64,000 nt of DNA from a virus. The notes beneath the pieces are model-generated. The model was not told the DNA's origin and did no database searches. It saw nothing but the letters and a program-made list of their open reading frames with translations. Below are positions 63,266 to 64,000 of the stretch, piece by piece. The number at the start of each line of letters is the position of its first letter. Position 1 is the stretch's first letter. A program made the translations under genes and the position numbers. The stretch lies in the IMG/VR virus record IMGVR_UViG_3300015371_000003, positions 52,230 to 116,229 of that record; one strand, written 5' to 3'.

Positions 63266-63295
63266 TTGACAAACAGTCAGATGTTGTGTCATACT
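63266..63295 (+). promoter_or_regulatory. Sigma70-type promoter within an inverted repeat
   Basis: TTGACA-18 nt-CATACT with TGn; inverted repeat at 63257-63289. Confidence 0.6.
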
Positions 63296-63336
63296 TAGGC
63301 ACGGTTTGAGAGTTTCGTAAACGTAAGGAGAATTAC

Positions 63337-64000
63337 ATGGCAGAAGCAGCGGCGGCAGCAACCGAAGTGGTCGAGAAGCCGGAAACGACCACCATCGGGA
63401 AGAAGAAGGTCGAGAAGACGGGCAACCTCATTCTCGATATCGCCCATGAAGTGGAGAGCCTGACCAAAACCAAGGCGCTCAACATGGCGGAGAATCTGGC
63501 CGAGAATATCGAAGTCAACTACTTCAAACTCGGCGGGGTGCTCAAACTCATCAACGACAACTCGTGGTTTGAAGGCTTCGATTACTTCGATGACTTCGTG
63601 TACGAGCGGTACGGCTTTCAGGGCCGCAAGGCGCGGTACCTCGTCAGCATCTACGACAACCTCGTCACCAAGCAGATTCCGTGGGACAAGGTGTCGCATC
63701 TCGGCTGGACCAAGCTGAAGGATCTGGCTCCTATCATTACGCCGGAGACGGTGGACGAGTGGGTGGCGAAGGCCGAGAAGGTCACGGTCGTGGAGTTGCA
63801 GGCGCTGATCAAGGCGTCGAAGCCTTCCGAGGAAGGCGACAAGACGGCCAAGACCACGGACGAAGTGGTCAAGATCACCTTCAAGCTGAAGCCGGATCAG
63901 GCGGAGGCGGTGACGCAGGCGCTTGCCAAGGCCAAGGGTGAACTGCACACCGAGTACGATACCGTCGCGCTCGAAAACATCTGCGCCGGGTATCTCGGAG
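63337..64000 (+). CDS. Putative DNA-binding protein, 3'-truncated (not in ORF track)
   Basis: AAGGAG RBS; open to window end; YFKLGG.L..I....W...F.DFV..RYG...RKARYL..IY..LGWTKL. Confidence 0.75.
   Translation, partial: MAEAAAAATEVVEKPETTTIGKKKVEKTGNLILDIAHEVESLTKTKALNMAENLAENIEVNYFKLGGVLKLINDNSWFEGFDYFDDFVYERYGFQGRKARYLVSIYDNLVTKQIPWDKVSHLGWTKLKDLAPIITPETVDEWVAKAEKVTVVELQALIKASKPSEEGDKTAKTTDEVVKITFKLKPDQAEAVTQALAKAKGELHTEYDTVALENICAGYLG

Larger units (their letters stand above)
1..64000 (+). mobile_element. Tailed dsDNA bacteriophage genome segment (Caudoviricetes, probably long non-contractile tail)
   Basis: Co-oriented portal, MuF, protease, scaffold, capsid, tail tube, chaperones, tape measure and replication genes; no host housekeeping operons. 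Confidence 0.97.

Noticed and set aside
1-64000. Many long minus-strand and alternative-frame ORFs in the track (e.g. 5078-6160, 17256-18434, 59434-60498)
   Set aside because: They shadow well-supported + strand genes, lack recognisable motifs, and are expected in GC-rich DNA.

Overview
The whole window is part of a GC-rich tailed dsDNA phage genome, probably siphovirus-type (tail tube, frameshifted chaperones, long tape measure, no sheath seen). Every credible gene is on the + strand. Order: small early-type ORFs (1-1.5 kb); portal; a ~12 kb head-cargo region (3.6-15.9 kb); XkdF-type prohead protease, scaffold and major capsid; head-tail joining genes; a glycosyltransferase/methyltransferase island with an HNH insertion; tail genes; then replication/recombination genes (AAA ATPase, initiator-like protein, loader-like protein, DnaB, DNA MTase, primase, SSB, SF2 helicase, RecA, PD-(D/E)XK nucleases, RuvC). 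No terminase, polymerase, integrase, tRNA or CRISPR array was recognised. Best candidate for an undescribed system: the MuF head-morphogenesis gene appears split, with its halves ~8.5 kb apart. The gap and the next genes hold effector cassettes (HExxH metallopeptidases, a HipA/PI-kinase-like kinase, ParB/Srx-like domains, an Acb1-like 2H phosphoesterase). Most cassettes are introduced by one peptide tag ([WF]DESKHPRDxxGxF and variants, 10 copies) placed just after a Lys that resembles the putative prohead-protease sites, and several are followed by small immunity-like partners. Second signal: a 14-bp palindrome TGCA-N6-TGC[A/C] occurs ~20 times across the window, in intergenic and coding DNA. 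All family assignments come from motif recognition by eye; no database search was run.
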